Sequence record: DRR723986_5353 | DNA length: 45,060 nucleotides | Strand: one strand, 5' to 3' | In this document: in pieces, positions 1 through 8,603 of the stretch | How positions within the stretch are numbered: the stretch's first letter is position 1 | Layout: every line of letters begins with the position of its first letter | Translations under genes and position numbers: made by a program | The notes under the pieces: generated by a model | What the model was told of the DNA's origin: nothing | Databases searched by the model: none | Seen by the model: the letters and a program-made list of their open reading frames with translations, nothing else

Positions 1-1
1 T

Positions 2-316
2 GGCGGTGGCGATACCGGTGGTGGTGATACAGGAGGTGACTCCGGCGGCGGTGACGGCGCGGTAGGTGGCGACTCGGGACAAGGAGGCGAGCAGCTCGCA
101 GCTGTTCAGAATGAAGCCGACAATCAGGAAGAGGTTGGCGAAACTGGCACTGGCGAGTCAGAGGGCGCGTCTTCTGGTACTGAAGAGGAAGAAGACTGCT
201 CCAGTGGTGGCCAGGGCGCTGGCTCCGATGCAAATCTCGGCACCGACTCCGGAATGTACGGTGCCTCTGCCGATGTCTTCGGCGATGATCGGCAGGCAGC
301 TTGTGTAGGTTCCTGA
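2..316 (+). CDS. C-terminal fragment (5' truncated) of a Gly/Asp/Glu/Ser-rich low-complexity protein, possibly a large exoprotein or filamentous haemagglutinin-like protein
   Basis: Frame open from nt 2 to TGA 314-316, missed by the ORF track: GGGDTGGGDTGGDSGGGDGAVGGDSGQGGEQLAAVQNEADNQEEVGETGTGESEGASSGTEEEEDCSSGGQGAGSDANLGTDSGMYGASADVFGDDRQAACVGS*. Overlaps the start of the next gene. The family call is inference. Confidence 0.7.
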   Translation, partial: GGGDTGGGDTGGDSGGGDGAVGGDSGQGGEQLAAVQNEADNQEEVGETGTGESEGASSGTEEEEDCSSGGQGAGSDANLGTDSGMYGASADVFGDDRQAACVGS

Positions 317-3171
317 CGAAGCGGATATGCTGCTTGCTGTGTCTGGCGCCCGTTGTACTGGCGCTGGGCGTGCAGGCGGCAGTTCCCCTTAAAACACCTC
401 AGAGCCGAATAGAGGTCAACGCACACACGGGTATTGTGCGCGAGTTCTATTTCGACAAATCCCGCGACCTGTTGATCAGTGCAGCGGACGATAAAACCTT
501 ACGCATCTGGAACGCGGCTGACGGTCACCTTTATCGCAACTACAGAGTTCCGATGGCTACCGGCCACGTTGGTCAGCTGTTCACCGTTGATGTTGCTCCC
601 GAAAGTGGCATAGTCGCCACCGCAGGCTGGACGCCCAACAGCCAGTCTTCCGCGATAGCTGCCTACTTTCTCGACCTGGATACAGGCGACATTGTCCGTA
701 TCCTGGACGGTCTCCCGGACATCGTAAGTACTCTGCGTTTCTCGCCGGAGGAAGACGCGGTATGCATCGCGTTCAGCTCGCTCAAGCCCGGATTGAGATG
801 CCTGTCGTATCCGGAGTTGCAGCCCATTTTTGAAGACTTCGAGTATCGACAGTTGATCCGTCGCATGCAGTGGTCGCTCGATGGCGAGTTGCTCGTCGCA
901 GCTGCGGACGGTCAGGTTGTTCGTTACTCGCGTGAGGGCCAGCGTTTGGCGATTACAGAGCTAAGCGATGCCCAGCCGGCGAGTTCGGCGCTCTCACCCG
1001 ATGGCAAAATGCTGGCCATAGGCATGTTGCATGCGCCACAGGTGCTGGTGCTGAATGTCGAGACGCTTGAAATAGCGGCGAGCTTCACTCCGCCGGATGA
1101 TGGACAGCGGAACCTACCAGCCGTGACCTGGGATGAAAGCGGAGAAACCCTCTATGCTGCCGGTGACAACAGCGGTCGCCGAAGTCCGGTGTACCGCTGG
1201 TCGCCTGCGAATGATCAACTTAAGACCATCCAGCTCGATAGCGAGCTGCGCGTTACCTGGTTTGAGTCGAGGTTCGATGGCGGGTTGCTGGTGGCCACTG
1301 AGGATCCCGCGCTCATACGACTCGACGCCGATGGCAGGCAGCTCTACAAAAATGAGGCGGCCATTCACGACTTTAGCGGCCAAGGCGAGCAGTTACTCAC
1401 TAATGATCTCGGCTCGGTGGCTGTGTTTTCAGGGGCGGCTGGTCCCTCGGTGAACCTCAACTCACGACGTGTAGAGCCGTCCTACCAGGGGACTGACACA
1501 CTGCATCCGCCGCGCCAAAGCTCGACCGCCCTGGTCGTCACCGATTGGCGGAATTCGCTCGCGCCGAAATTGAACAATGTGCCGCTGAAGAAGCACCCCA
1601 GCGAGCTGATTCGCTCTCTGGCAATTGCGCCCGGCGAAGACAGTTTCATCCTTGGGGGCGAATGGTCTGTTACGCGTTACTCCAAGGCCGGAGAGGTAGA
1701 CTGGCGTGTCGAGCTGCCCAGTATTGCCTGGCAGGTGAACATCAGCCGGTCCGGAGCGGTTGTGGTCGCGGCACTATCGGATGGTTCGATCCGTTGGTAC
1801 AGCTACGCCACTGGTGAAGAAATTGTCGCTGCGTATCGCAATCCAATCGACGGTGAATGGATACTCTGGGTACCGGCTGGTTATTACACATCGTCGCCCC
1901 GGGGAGACAACTACCTGGGTTGGCATATCAATGAGAGTCTGAGCCGTGCCTCTTTCTATCGCGCAGTGCAGTTCGAACGTATCTATTATCGCCCCGACAT
2001 TGTTGGTCGACGTATCGATGATGCCATTGCTGGCTTGCCGCTCCTGAACGTTGCCAGTGTGGTTGATCTTGCATCACTGTCGGTGCCCAGGGTGTCTGTC
2101 AGTCAGCCACCCTGGGAGAGCCGCGCTGTTGAATCGTCAGATTATTTGCTGGGCATCGAGCTCGAATCAGCTGAGGGTTCGGTCGACGAGTTGAATGTGT
2201 TTGTGAATGATATTCCGGTTGTGCCCTTCCAGGCTCGACAGGCATTGGGTCGGGAGGAGAAGTCCGTCATCAGAATCCCTCTGCAATCCACCGATAACCA
2301 CGTCAGGGTCGAAGCGATTGCTGACCAGGCCATTGGTGTGGCGGAAACTCGAGTCACCGTTGCCGGCGAACCCACCGCCCGGTCGGGCAAGCGTACTTTA
2401 TACCTGGTTTCCGTCGGCATTTCGTCTTTCACCGGCTTGCCTGAGTCCATGCAGCTGCAGTTCAGTGCTAATGACGCGGTAGCGGTAGAGGGTCTGTTCA
2501 GCAACGAACTGCGTGATCGCTACGATGAGGTCAAGGCGATCGCACTGACCGACCTGTCCTGGGATATGCCCACCAAGTCCAATATCGAGCAGAGCCTGAA
2601 AGTGCTTGCCGAGAGCGGTCCCGATGATACGGTAGTGCTATTTCTTGCATCCCATGGCTTGAGTAACGACCGCGGCGATTACTTCTTCGTGCCACGCGAT
2701 GCCGCGCTGGACGACATACAGCGCGTTTATCGTGATCCCGAGGCGGTGACCACGCTGATGGGTTGGAGCGACTTTGTTGATGCCCTGCGCGCCGCCTCGG
2801 GCCGACGTTACCTGATTGTTGATACCTGCCATGCCGAGCAGATTGGCGGCAGCCTGGAGCTGATGTCTCTGGCCAAGCGATCTGCTGCATCATCTTTTGG
2901 ACTGCTCGCTGCCGCCGCCGATGGCCAGGAGTCACAGGAAATGCCGTCAGTGCGGCACGGGGCATTTACCTACGGTCTTCTGACCGCGTTCCGGGCGGGA
3001 GTGGCCGGCGATGTCGCCAGTTCCATGGAGGACGTGTTCGACGCGGCAGCCGGCTTCGTCGCGACTCGCCGTCCCAATCTTGAGAAGCCGCAGGAACCCC
3101 GGTTTACCGCACCGGCTTCTTTGCGCGAGTACAATTGGTCGGTACCCGCGGCCAGCGAAGCGGTCTTCTAG
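301..3171 (+). CDS. Secreted WD40/beta-propeller repeat protein with C-terminal caspase-like peptidase C14 domain
   Basis: Hydrophobic signal peptide ending VQA-A; WD-type repeats (AHTGIV...SAADDKTLRIWN; ALSDGSIRWY); C14 entry strand LYLVSVGIS; catalytic dyad FLASHG (His785) and IVDTCHA (Cys843); ESQE...HGAFT motif. TTG start. Confidence 0.88.
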   Translation: MCRFLTKRICCLLCLAPVVLALGVQAAVPLKTPQSRIEVNAHTGIVREFYFDKSRDLLISAADDKTLRIWNAADGHLYRNYRVPMATGHVGQLFTVDVAPESGIVATAGWTPNSQSSAIAAYFLDLDTGDIVRILDGLPDIVSTLRFSPEEDAVCIAFSSLKPGLRCLSYPELQPIFEDFEYRQLIRRMQWSLDGELLVAAADGQVVRYSREGQRLAITELSDAQPASSALSPDGKMLAIGMLHAPQVLVLNVETLEIAASFTPPDDGQRNLPAVTWDESGETLYAAGDNSGRRSPVYRWSPANDQLKTIQLDSELRVTWFESRFDGGLLVATEDPALIRLDADGRQLYKNEAAIHDFSGQGEQLLTNDLGSVAVFSGAAGPSVNLNSRRVEPSYQGTDTLHPPRQSSTALVVTDWRNSLAPKLNNVPLKKHPSELIRSLAIAPGEDSFILGGEWSVTRYSKAGEVDWRVELPSIAWQVNISRSGAVVVAALSDGSIRWYSYATGEEIVAAYRNPIDGEWILWVPAGYYTSSPRGDNYLGWHINESLSRASFYRAVQFERIYYRPDIVGRRIDDAIAGLPLLNVASVVDLASLSVPRVSVSQPPWESRAVESSDYLLGIELESAEGSVDELNVFVNDIPVVPFQARQALGREEKSVIRIPLQSTDNHVRVEAIADQAIGVAETRVTVAGEPTARSGKRTLYLVSVGISSFTGLPESMQLQFSANDAVAVEGLFSNELRDRYDEVKAIALTDLSWDMPTKSNIEQSLKVLAESGPDDTVVLFLASHGLSNDRGDYFFVPRDAALDDIQRVYRDPEAVTTLMGWSDFVDALRAASGRRYLIVDTCHAEQIGGSLELMSLAKRSAASSFGLLAAAADGQESQEMPSVRHGAFTYGLLTAFRAGVAGDVASSMEDVFDAAAGFVATRRPNLEKPQEPRFTAPASLREYNWSVPAASEAVF

Positions 3172-3536
3172 CTCTCCTCCAATCGCGACAGGTCGTCATC
3201 CAGTACGGCGATATCGCCGATATGTGCCGCCAGCAGTTCCCGCAATGGCTCGATATTCTCCCGGTCCACATGCTGGACCGAGAACCCGAGTCTCCCCGCC
3301 TCCACGTGCTGCAGGTAGGCATGAAGCTCGAGCGTATGGCCCTCATCAACATGGATGATGAGCGTGAAAGGCTCGTTGTACTGGGCGTCCCAGAGGTCGG
3401 GCTGATCCGTCGCCACGCCGCCCAGTGAGAGGTCAATCAGGCGCTGGTGCCAGACGCTGCCACCCTGGTGGACCTCGACGGCCAGGTCGAGTGCGACCCG
3501 GGTGAATTGGCGTCGCTCAGGGCTGTACTCAGTCAT
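3168..3536 (-). CDS. Single-domain PilZ c-di-GMP receptor (MapZ/PA4608-like)
   Basis: RxxxR (RQFTR) and DxSxxG (DLSLGG) motifs; C-terminal helix LRELLAAHIGD...LDDDLSRL. Confidence 0.88.
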   Translation of the reverse strand: MTEYSPERRQFTRVALDLAVEVHQGGSVWHQRLIDLSLGGVATDQPDLWDAQYNEPFTLIIHVDEGHTLELHAYLQHVEAGRLGFSVQHVDRENIEPLRELLAAHIGDIAVLDDDLSRLEES

Positions 3537-3576
3537 ACCAGGCCTCTTCTTATAGATTTTACGAGGAAACTATAAC

Positions 3577-3603
3577 GCCGCCTCGCTGCCATTGCGAGGC
3601 GGC
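3577..3603 (-). terminator. GC-rich hairpin after ettA, probable intrinsic terminator
   Basis: Perfect 10 bp stem GCCGCCTCGC/GCGAGGCGGC with 7 nt loop, 7 nt past the ettA stop; weak U-tract (GTTATAGTTT on the minus strand). Confidence 0.55.
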
Positions 3604-3610
3604 TGTTTGG

Positions 3611-5275
3611 CTATTTCAGCTTGCGGTATTTGACCCGGTGGGGCTGGTCCGCGGCAGCACCCAGGCGCGCCTTACGATCCTCTTCATAGTCGCTGAAGTT
3701 GCCCTCGTGGAACACCACGCCGCCGTCGTCCTCATAGGCCAGTATATGGGTGGCGATGCGGTCCAGGAACCAGCGGTCGTGGGAGATCACCATCGCCGCC
3801 CCGGGGAAAGCCAGCAGTGCCTCCTCGAGTGCCCGCAGGGTTTCCACATCCAGGTCGTTGGTCGGTTCGTCCAGCAGCAGGACGTTCGCCCCCTGCTTGA
3901 GCAGTTTGGCCAGGTGCAGGCGGTTGCGTTCGCCGCCGGAGAGGTCCTTGACGAACTTCTGCTGGTCAGAGCCCTTGAAGTTAAAGCGGCCGACGTAGGA
4001 GCGTGAGTTGACCTCGTAGTTGCCGATGCGAATGATGTCCAGGCCGTCGGAGACTTCCTCCCATACGGTTTTGCTGCCATCCAGCGCGTCTCGGCTCTGG
4101 TCGACATAGCCAAGCTGTACGGTTTCGCCAACCTTTACTTCGCCGCCGTCAGGCTGTTCCGCACCCATCAGAATCTTGAACAGGGTCGACTTACCCATGC
4201 CGTTGGCACCGATGATGCCGACGATGCTGCCCTTTGGGACGGTGAAGCTGACGTTGTCGAACAACAGGCGGTCACCGAACACCTTTTTCAGCTTGCTGAC
4301 TTCGATGACGTTATCGCCCAGGCGCGGGCCGGGCGGGATGTAGATTTCATTGGTCTCATTGCGGCTCTGGAATTCCTGCGACTGCAGGTCTTCAAAGCGT
4401 TGCAGGCGCGCCTTGCTCTTGGCCTGGCGGCCCTTGGGGTTCTGGCGCACCCATTCCAGTTCTGCCTTGATCGCCTTCTGGTGCGAGGCTTCCTGGCGTT
4501 GCTCCTGTTCCAAACGCTGTTCTTTGGCATCGAGCCAGTCGGAGTAGTTGCCTTCGTACGGTATGCCGCGGCCGCGGTCCAGTTCGAGGATCCAGCCCGC
4601 CGCGTTGTCGAGAAAATACCGATCGTGGGTGATGGCCACCACGGTACCGGGGAAGTCGTGCAGGAAGCGCTCAAGCCAGCCGACGCTCTCCGCATCGAGG
4701 TGGTTGGTGGGTTCGTCCAGCAACAGCATGTCCGGATTCGACAGCAGCAGGCGGCACAGGGCAACCCGCCGCCGTTCGCCGCCGGACAGGGTGCTCACAT
4801 CCGCATCCCAGGGCGGCAGGCGCAGGGCATCCGCCGCGACTTCCAGGCGGTGATCGATATTGTGCGCGTCGGTGGCCTGGATGATGTCTTCCAGTCGGGC
4901 CTGTTCCCTGGCCAGGGCATCGAAGTCGGCGTCAGGCTCGGCGTAGTCAGCGTAGACTTTTTCCAGCCCGGCCAGGGCATCGATAGCGTCCTGGACGCCT
5001 TCTTCCACGTTGCCGCGCACGTCCTTGTCCGGATCCAGCTGCGGTTCCTGGGGCAGGTAGCCGATCTTGATTCCCTGCTGGGGGCGGGCTTCCCCGAGAA
5101 TGTCGGTATCCAGCCCTGCCATGATCCGCAGCAGGGTGGATTTACCGGAGCCGTTCAGCCCCAGCACGCCGATCTTGGCGCCGGGGAAAAACGATAGCGA
5201 GATGTCCTCGAGAATTTTTTTCTTGGGTGGCACGACTTTGCCAACCCGATTCATGGTGTAGACGTACTGGGCCAT
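3611..5275 (-). CDS. ettA: Energy-dependent translational throttle protein EttA (ABC-F ATPase)
   Basis: Signature start MAQYVYTMNRVGKVVPPKK; two ABC domains (GLNGSGKS, LSGGE, LLLDEPTN; GANGMGKS); 554 aa. Confidence 0.98.
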   Translation of the reverse strand: MAQYVYTMNRVGKVVPPKKKILEDISLSFFPGAKIGVLGLNGSGKSTLLRIMAGLDTDILGEARPQQGIKIGYLPQEPQLDPDKDVRGNVEEGVQDAIDALAGLEKVYADYAEPDADFDALAREQARLEDIIQATDAHNIDHRLEVAADALRLPPWDADVSTLSGGERRRVALCRLLLSNPDMLLLDEPTNHLDAESVGWLERFLHDFPGTVVAITHDRYFLDNAAGWILELDRGRGIPYEGNYSDWLDAKEQRLEQEQRQEASHQKAIKAELEWVRQNPKGRQAKSKARLQRFEDLQSQEFQSRNETNEIYIPPGPRLGDNVIEVSKLKKVFGDRLLFDNVSFTVPKGSIVGIIGANGMGKSTLFKILMGAEQPDGGEVKVGETVQLGYVDQSRDALDGSKTVWEEVSDGLDIIRIGNYEVNSRSYVGRFNFKGSDQQKFVKDLSGGERNRLHLAKLLKQGANVLLLDEPTNDLDVETLRALEEALLAFPGAAMVISHDRWFLDRIATHILAYEDDGGVVFHEGNFSDYEEDRKARLGAAADQPHRVKYRKLK

Positions 5276-5392
5276 TGTGGTTCGCTTACTGAGGGTGTCG
5301 AGCGCGGGAGTTTAGCAAATAATGAAGCTGGTCGAGTGGGAAGTTGCGCTGTCCCTGCCGGTCGATGGCAATGCCTGTTCTAAAGTGCCCGC

Positions 5393-6439
5393 TCACTCAT
5401 CGGCGATGGGCGCGGTGCTGAGGTCTTCGGGGGCGATCTCTTCCTCTTTCGGGGCCAGCTCTTCGTGGAACTGCTCGGTGGTGAACTCGTCTCTGGGACC
5501 CACCGACGCGACATGGAACAGGGCGTCCCCCTCGTACACCAGCGGCAGGTTGGTGCGCCCGATGACGACTCCGCCGCAGTCTGCAATGACATCGGTCTCG
5601 CTTGTGCCCAGCGGGTCGGCGATAAAGCCGATGGTCTGCCCCTTGCTGATCTCCGCGCCCAGCGGCACCAAAACCCGGAGAACGCCGCTGTCAGGCGCCC
5701 GAATCCAGCGACTGTCCTGGCTGAGAACCGGGGGCCTTGGTGGGCGGGCGCGGCTCTTGCGCAGCATGCCCAGATGGCGCATGACGTTGAGGATGCCCTT
5801 GACCCCGGCGCGGATGTAAATCTCGTCGAAACGCAGGGCTTCGCCCGCCTCGTAGAGCAAAACCGGAACGTTGTTGTCCGACGCTGCCCCGCGCAGGGAG
5901 CCATCCCGAATCTTTGCATTGATCGCCAGCGGCACACCGAATGCCTCGGTCATGGCGAGGGTGGCGGGGTCGTCCAGGTTGGCGCGGATCTGCGGGAAGT
6001 TGGTGCGATGCCGGGCGCCGGTATGCAGGTCGATGCCATGGGTACACTTGGCCACAATCTCCCGCATGAAGGTATCGGCGATGCGTCCCGTCAGCGAGCC
6101 CTTCTGTGACCCGGGGAATGAGCGGTTGAGGTCACGGCCATCCGGGAGATAGCGGGTGTGGTTGATGAAGCCGTAGACGTTGACGATGGGGATGGCGATC
6201 AGGGTGCCGCGCATTTTGGCCAGGGCCTTGTCCCGCAGCAGGCGGCGAATGATCTCCACACCGTTGATTTCATCGCCATGGATGGCCGCTGACACGAACA
6301 GGACCGGTCCTGGGCGGCGGCCGCGCACGACCTGGATGCTGATTGACAGATCATCGTGGGTGTACATCGGTGCCACGGGCAGGTCGATGACTTGCCGCTG
6401 CCCGGGCAGTATCTGCTGACCACCGATTTCCAGGTTCAC
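5393..6439 (-). CDS. Succinylglutamate desuccinylase/aspartoacylase (M14-like) family protein
   Basis: AAIHGDE zinc motif, RDLNRSFPG, IDLHTG, YEAGE; GTG start at 6439 preferred, ORF open to 6475. Confidence 0.9.
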   Translation of the reverse strand: MNLEIGGQQILPGQRQVIDLPVAPMYTHDDLSISIQVVRGRRPGPVLFVSAAIHGDEINGVEIIRRLLRDKALAKMRGTLIAIPIVNVYGFINHTRYLPDGRDLNRSFPGSQKGSLTGRIADTFMREIVAKCTHGIDLHTGARHRTNFPQIRANLDDPATLAMTEAFGVPLAINAKIRDGSLRGAASDNNVPVLLYEAGEALRFDEIYIRAGVKGILNVMRHLGMLRKSRARPPRPPVLSQDSRWIRAPDSGVLRVLVPLGAEISKGQTIGFIADPLGTSETDVIADCGGVVIGRTNLPLVYEGDALFHVASVGPRDEFTTEQFHEELAPKEEEIAPEDLSTAPIADE

Positions 6440-6517
6440 GGTGCCAGCCCGATTTCGCCGGTCGCAAGAGGGCATCGTCCTGCAGGCAGGAGCCTGGCCC
6501 GGGGGTGGCGAGGGGTG

Positions 6518-6973
6518 TCAGTCACCGGCCGCGGCCTTCCTGCGTTTCCTGCCCAGGAGGTAGGAACGTGCCGGGTCGACCACGAAGTTACCGCGCATCG
6601 CCGTGCGGCCAAGCAGCATACGGAAGCGCATGGATTCCCGGTCAGTGAGTGTGACCTCAGCGTTGATGATGTGGTCGCCGACGGCGATCGGGGTGGTGAT
6701 GACATAGCGCTGTTCGGTATGGCCGCCGGAATCGGTGACTGAGCGCCGGTCAGTTACCGGGGCTTCGCAGTGCACGACCAGGTCTTGTGAGTGCTGGAGG
6801 GGGTGAATGCCGAAGCGCACCCATTCCCGCCCCTCCCGGATAATGGGCTCCACATAGAACGCATGGAGGGCACTGCTGCGCGCGCCGGTATCCACCTTGG
6901 CTTTGAGGCGCTCGATCCCCAGCTCAGGCAGTGCCAGCCATTCGCGCCAGCCGAGGGTTGTTCGCTCGGGCAT
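6518..6973 (-). CDS. RimB-type retropepsin-like protease (usually annotated ATP-dependent zinc protease, RimK-associated)
   Basis: GWREW, KAKVDTGARSSALHA, TLTDRESMRFRMLLGR motifs. Confidence 0.92.
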   Translation of the reverse strand: MPERTTLGWREWLALPELGIERLKAKVDTGARSSALHAFYVEPIIREGREWVRFGIHPLQHSQDLVVHCEAPVTDRRSVTDSGGHTEQRYVITTPIAVGDHIINAEVTLTDRESMRFRMLLGRTAMRGNFVVDPARSYLLGRKRRKAAAGD

Positions 6974-7069
6974 TTCTATTATTCCGCGTGCAATCGGGCC
7001 AGAGTATCACCGCAGTGACCCCGTGGGGCAACAGCAAATTTCCGCTATTTTTCAGCGGCTTGGCTGGCC

Positions 7070-8416
7070 TCAGGTCGCTGGCTTCTGGAGTGACAGGCCG
7101 CGGCCGATGCCGTAGTACTCGATCCCCAGCTCCTCGAGGTAGGCGGGATTGTAGAGATTGCGGCCGTCGAAAATGATGGGCTGCTTGAGGCTGGCCTTGA
7201 TGGCCTCGAAATCCGGTGACCAGAAGGCTTTCCATTCGGTACAGATAACCAGCGCTTCTGCGCCGGCCAGTGCATCTTCCTTGGTGTGGGCCAGGTACAG
7301 GTCATCTCGCTCGCCGTAAATCTCACGGCAGGCTTCCATGGCTTGCGGGTCGTAGGCCCTGACCTTGCCGCCGCAGGACCATAGCCCTTCCATCAGGTAG
7401 CGGCTGGGCGCTTCCCGCATGTCGTCCGTGTTGGGTTTGAAAGACAGTCCCCACAGGGCGATCGTCTTGCCCTGGAGGTCGGCCCCCAGGCGCGCCATCA
7501 CCCGCTCCGACAGTTTGTTCTTCTGGCGCTGGTTGGTGTCGTGTACGGCGGTGAGGATCGCCGCGCTGCGGGCATTCTCCCCGGCCAGGTGCTTCAATGC
7601 GCGCACATCCTTGGGAAAGCACGAACCGCCGTAGCCGCACCCGGGGTAGATGAACTGGTAGCCGATACGGGGGTCCGAGCCCATGCCCCGGCGCACCAGT
7701 TCGATATCCGCGCCGACCGCCTCGGCGATGTTCGCCATCTCGTTCATGAAGCTGATCTTGGTGGCCAGAATCGCGTTCGAGGCGTACTTGGTCATCTCCG
7801 CGCTGCGCGGGTCCATCGCCATCAGTTTCTCGTGATTGCGGTTGAAGGCCTGGTACATGCGGCGGAATTCCTCGATGACCGCGGCTGAATCTGCACCAAC
7901 GATGATCCGGTCAGGGCTCTGGCAGTCGGAGACAGCGGACCCCTCCTTGAGAAATTCCGGATTGGAGGCGACCTCGAAGGGAATCGTGCGACCCTGGTCA
8001 TTGAGGGCCTGGGCGATATGGGCTTTGACCTTGTCCGCAGTGCCCACCGGCACCGTGGACTTGGTCACCACCACCTTGCGACTGCTCATGTAGCGGGCAA
8101 TGGACGACGCTACCTGCATCACGTAAACGAGATCGGCGGAGCCGTCTGCTGCCGATGGAGTCCCCACGCATATGAACAGGTAATCGCTGGCCTGGACCGC
8201 CTGCTTGGCGTCGGTGGTGAAGGACAGCAGGCCGCTTTCCTGCCCGGAACGCACCATTTGCTCCAATCCCGGCTCAAAGAACGGGATCTGGCAGTCCCGG
8301 AGCCGATCCACCCGGTCCGCATCCACGTCCATGCAGATCACCCGGTGGCCCACGTCGGCAAAAATTGCGGCCTGAACCAGGCCAACATAGCCGCTGCCAA
8401 ATATGCTGATATTCAT
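7070..8416 (-). CDS. ugd: UDP-glucose 6-dehydrogenase
   Basis: GSGYVG Rossmann motif, TKSTVPVG, NPEFLKEG, catalytic GYGGSCFPKD, FKPNTDDMRE; start at ATG of MNISIFG. Confidence 0.95.
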   Translation of the reverse strand: MNISIFGSGYVGLVQAAIFADVGHRVICMDVDADRVDRLRDCQIPFFEPGLEQMVRSGQESGLLSFTTDAKQAVQASDYLFICVGTPSAADGSADLVYVMQVASSIARYMSSRKVVVTKSTVPVGTADKVKAHIAQALNDQGRTIPFEVASNPEFLKEGSAVSDCQSPDRIIVGADSAAVIEEFRRMYQAFNRNHEKLMAMDPRSAEMTKYASNAILATKISFMNEMANIAEAVGADIELVRRGMGSDPRIGYQFIYPGCGYGGSCFPKDVRALKHLAGENARSAAILTAVHDTNQRQKNKLSERVMARLGADLQGKTIALWGLSFKPNTDDMREAPSRYLMEGLWSCGGKVRAYDPQAMEACREIYGERDDLYLAHTKEDALAGAEALVICTEWKAFWSPDFEAIKASLKQPIIFDGRNLYNPAYLEELGIEYYGIGRGLSLQKPAT

Positions 8417-8544
8417 GGTGTGAGAATGTGCCCTGTCGGTTGTATTGCGCGGTTTAGTGCGCACTATATGTCGAAATCATGACAGAAATAAAACATATCC
8501 AGCCTCATGGTGGACTGCTACTTATCCGGGGCCGGCTTTTTGGT

Positions 8545-8557
8545 TAAAATGCGCGCC
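8545..8557 (+). promoter_or_regulatory. Probable sigma70 -10 element with GC-rich discriminator for glyA
   Basis: TAAAAT followed by GCGCGCC, about 55 nt upstream of the glyA ATG; -35 is weak. Confidence 0.4.
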
Positions 8558-8603
8558 TTCCATTCGCGGTCCGTGGGCCGCTTCAGCACGCCAGGGGACG
8601 CCA

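Noticed and set aside
66-426. ORF-track calls 66-308 (+) and 124-426 (-)
   Set aside because: Alternative frames over the more plausible Gly/Asp-rich frame (2-316) and the caspase gene start.
8417-8603. Glycine or ZTP riboswitch ahead of glyA
   Set aside because: No aptamer consensus recognised, and the likely leader is only about 50 nt.
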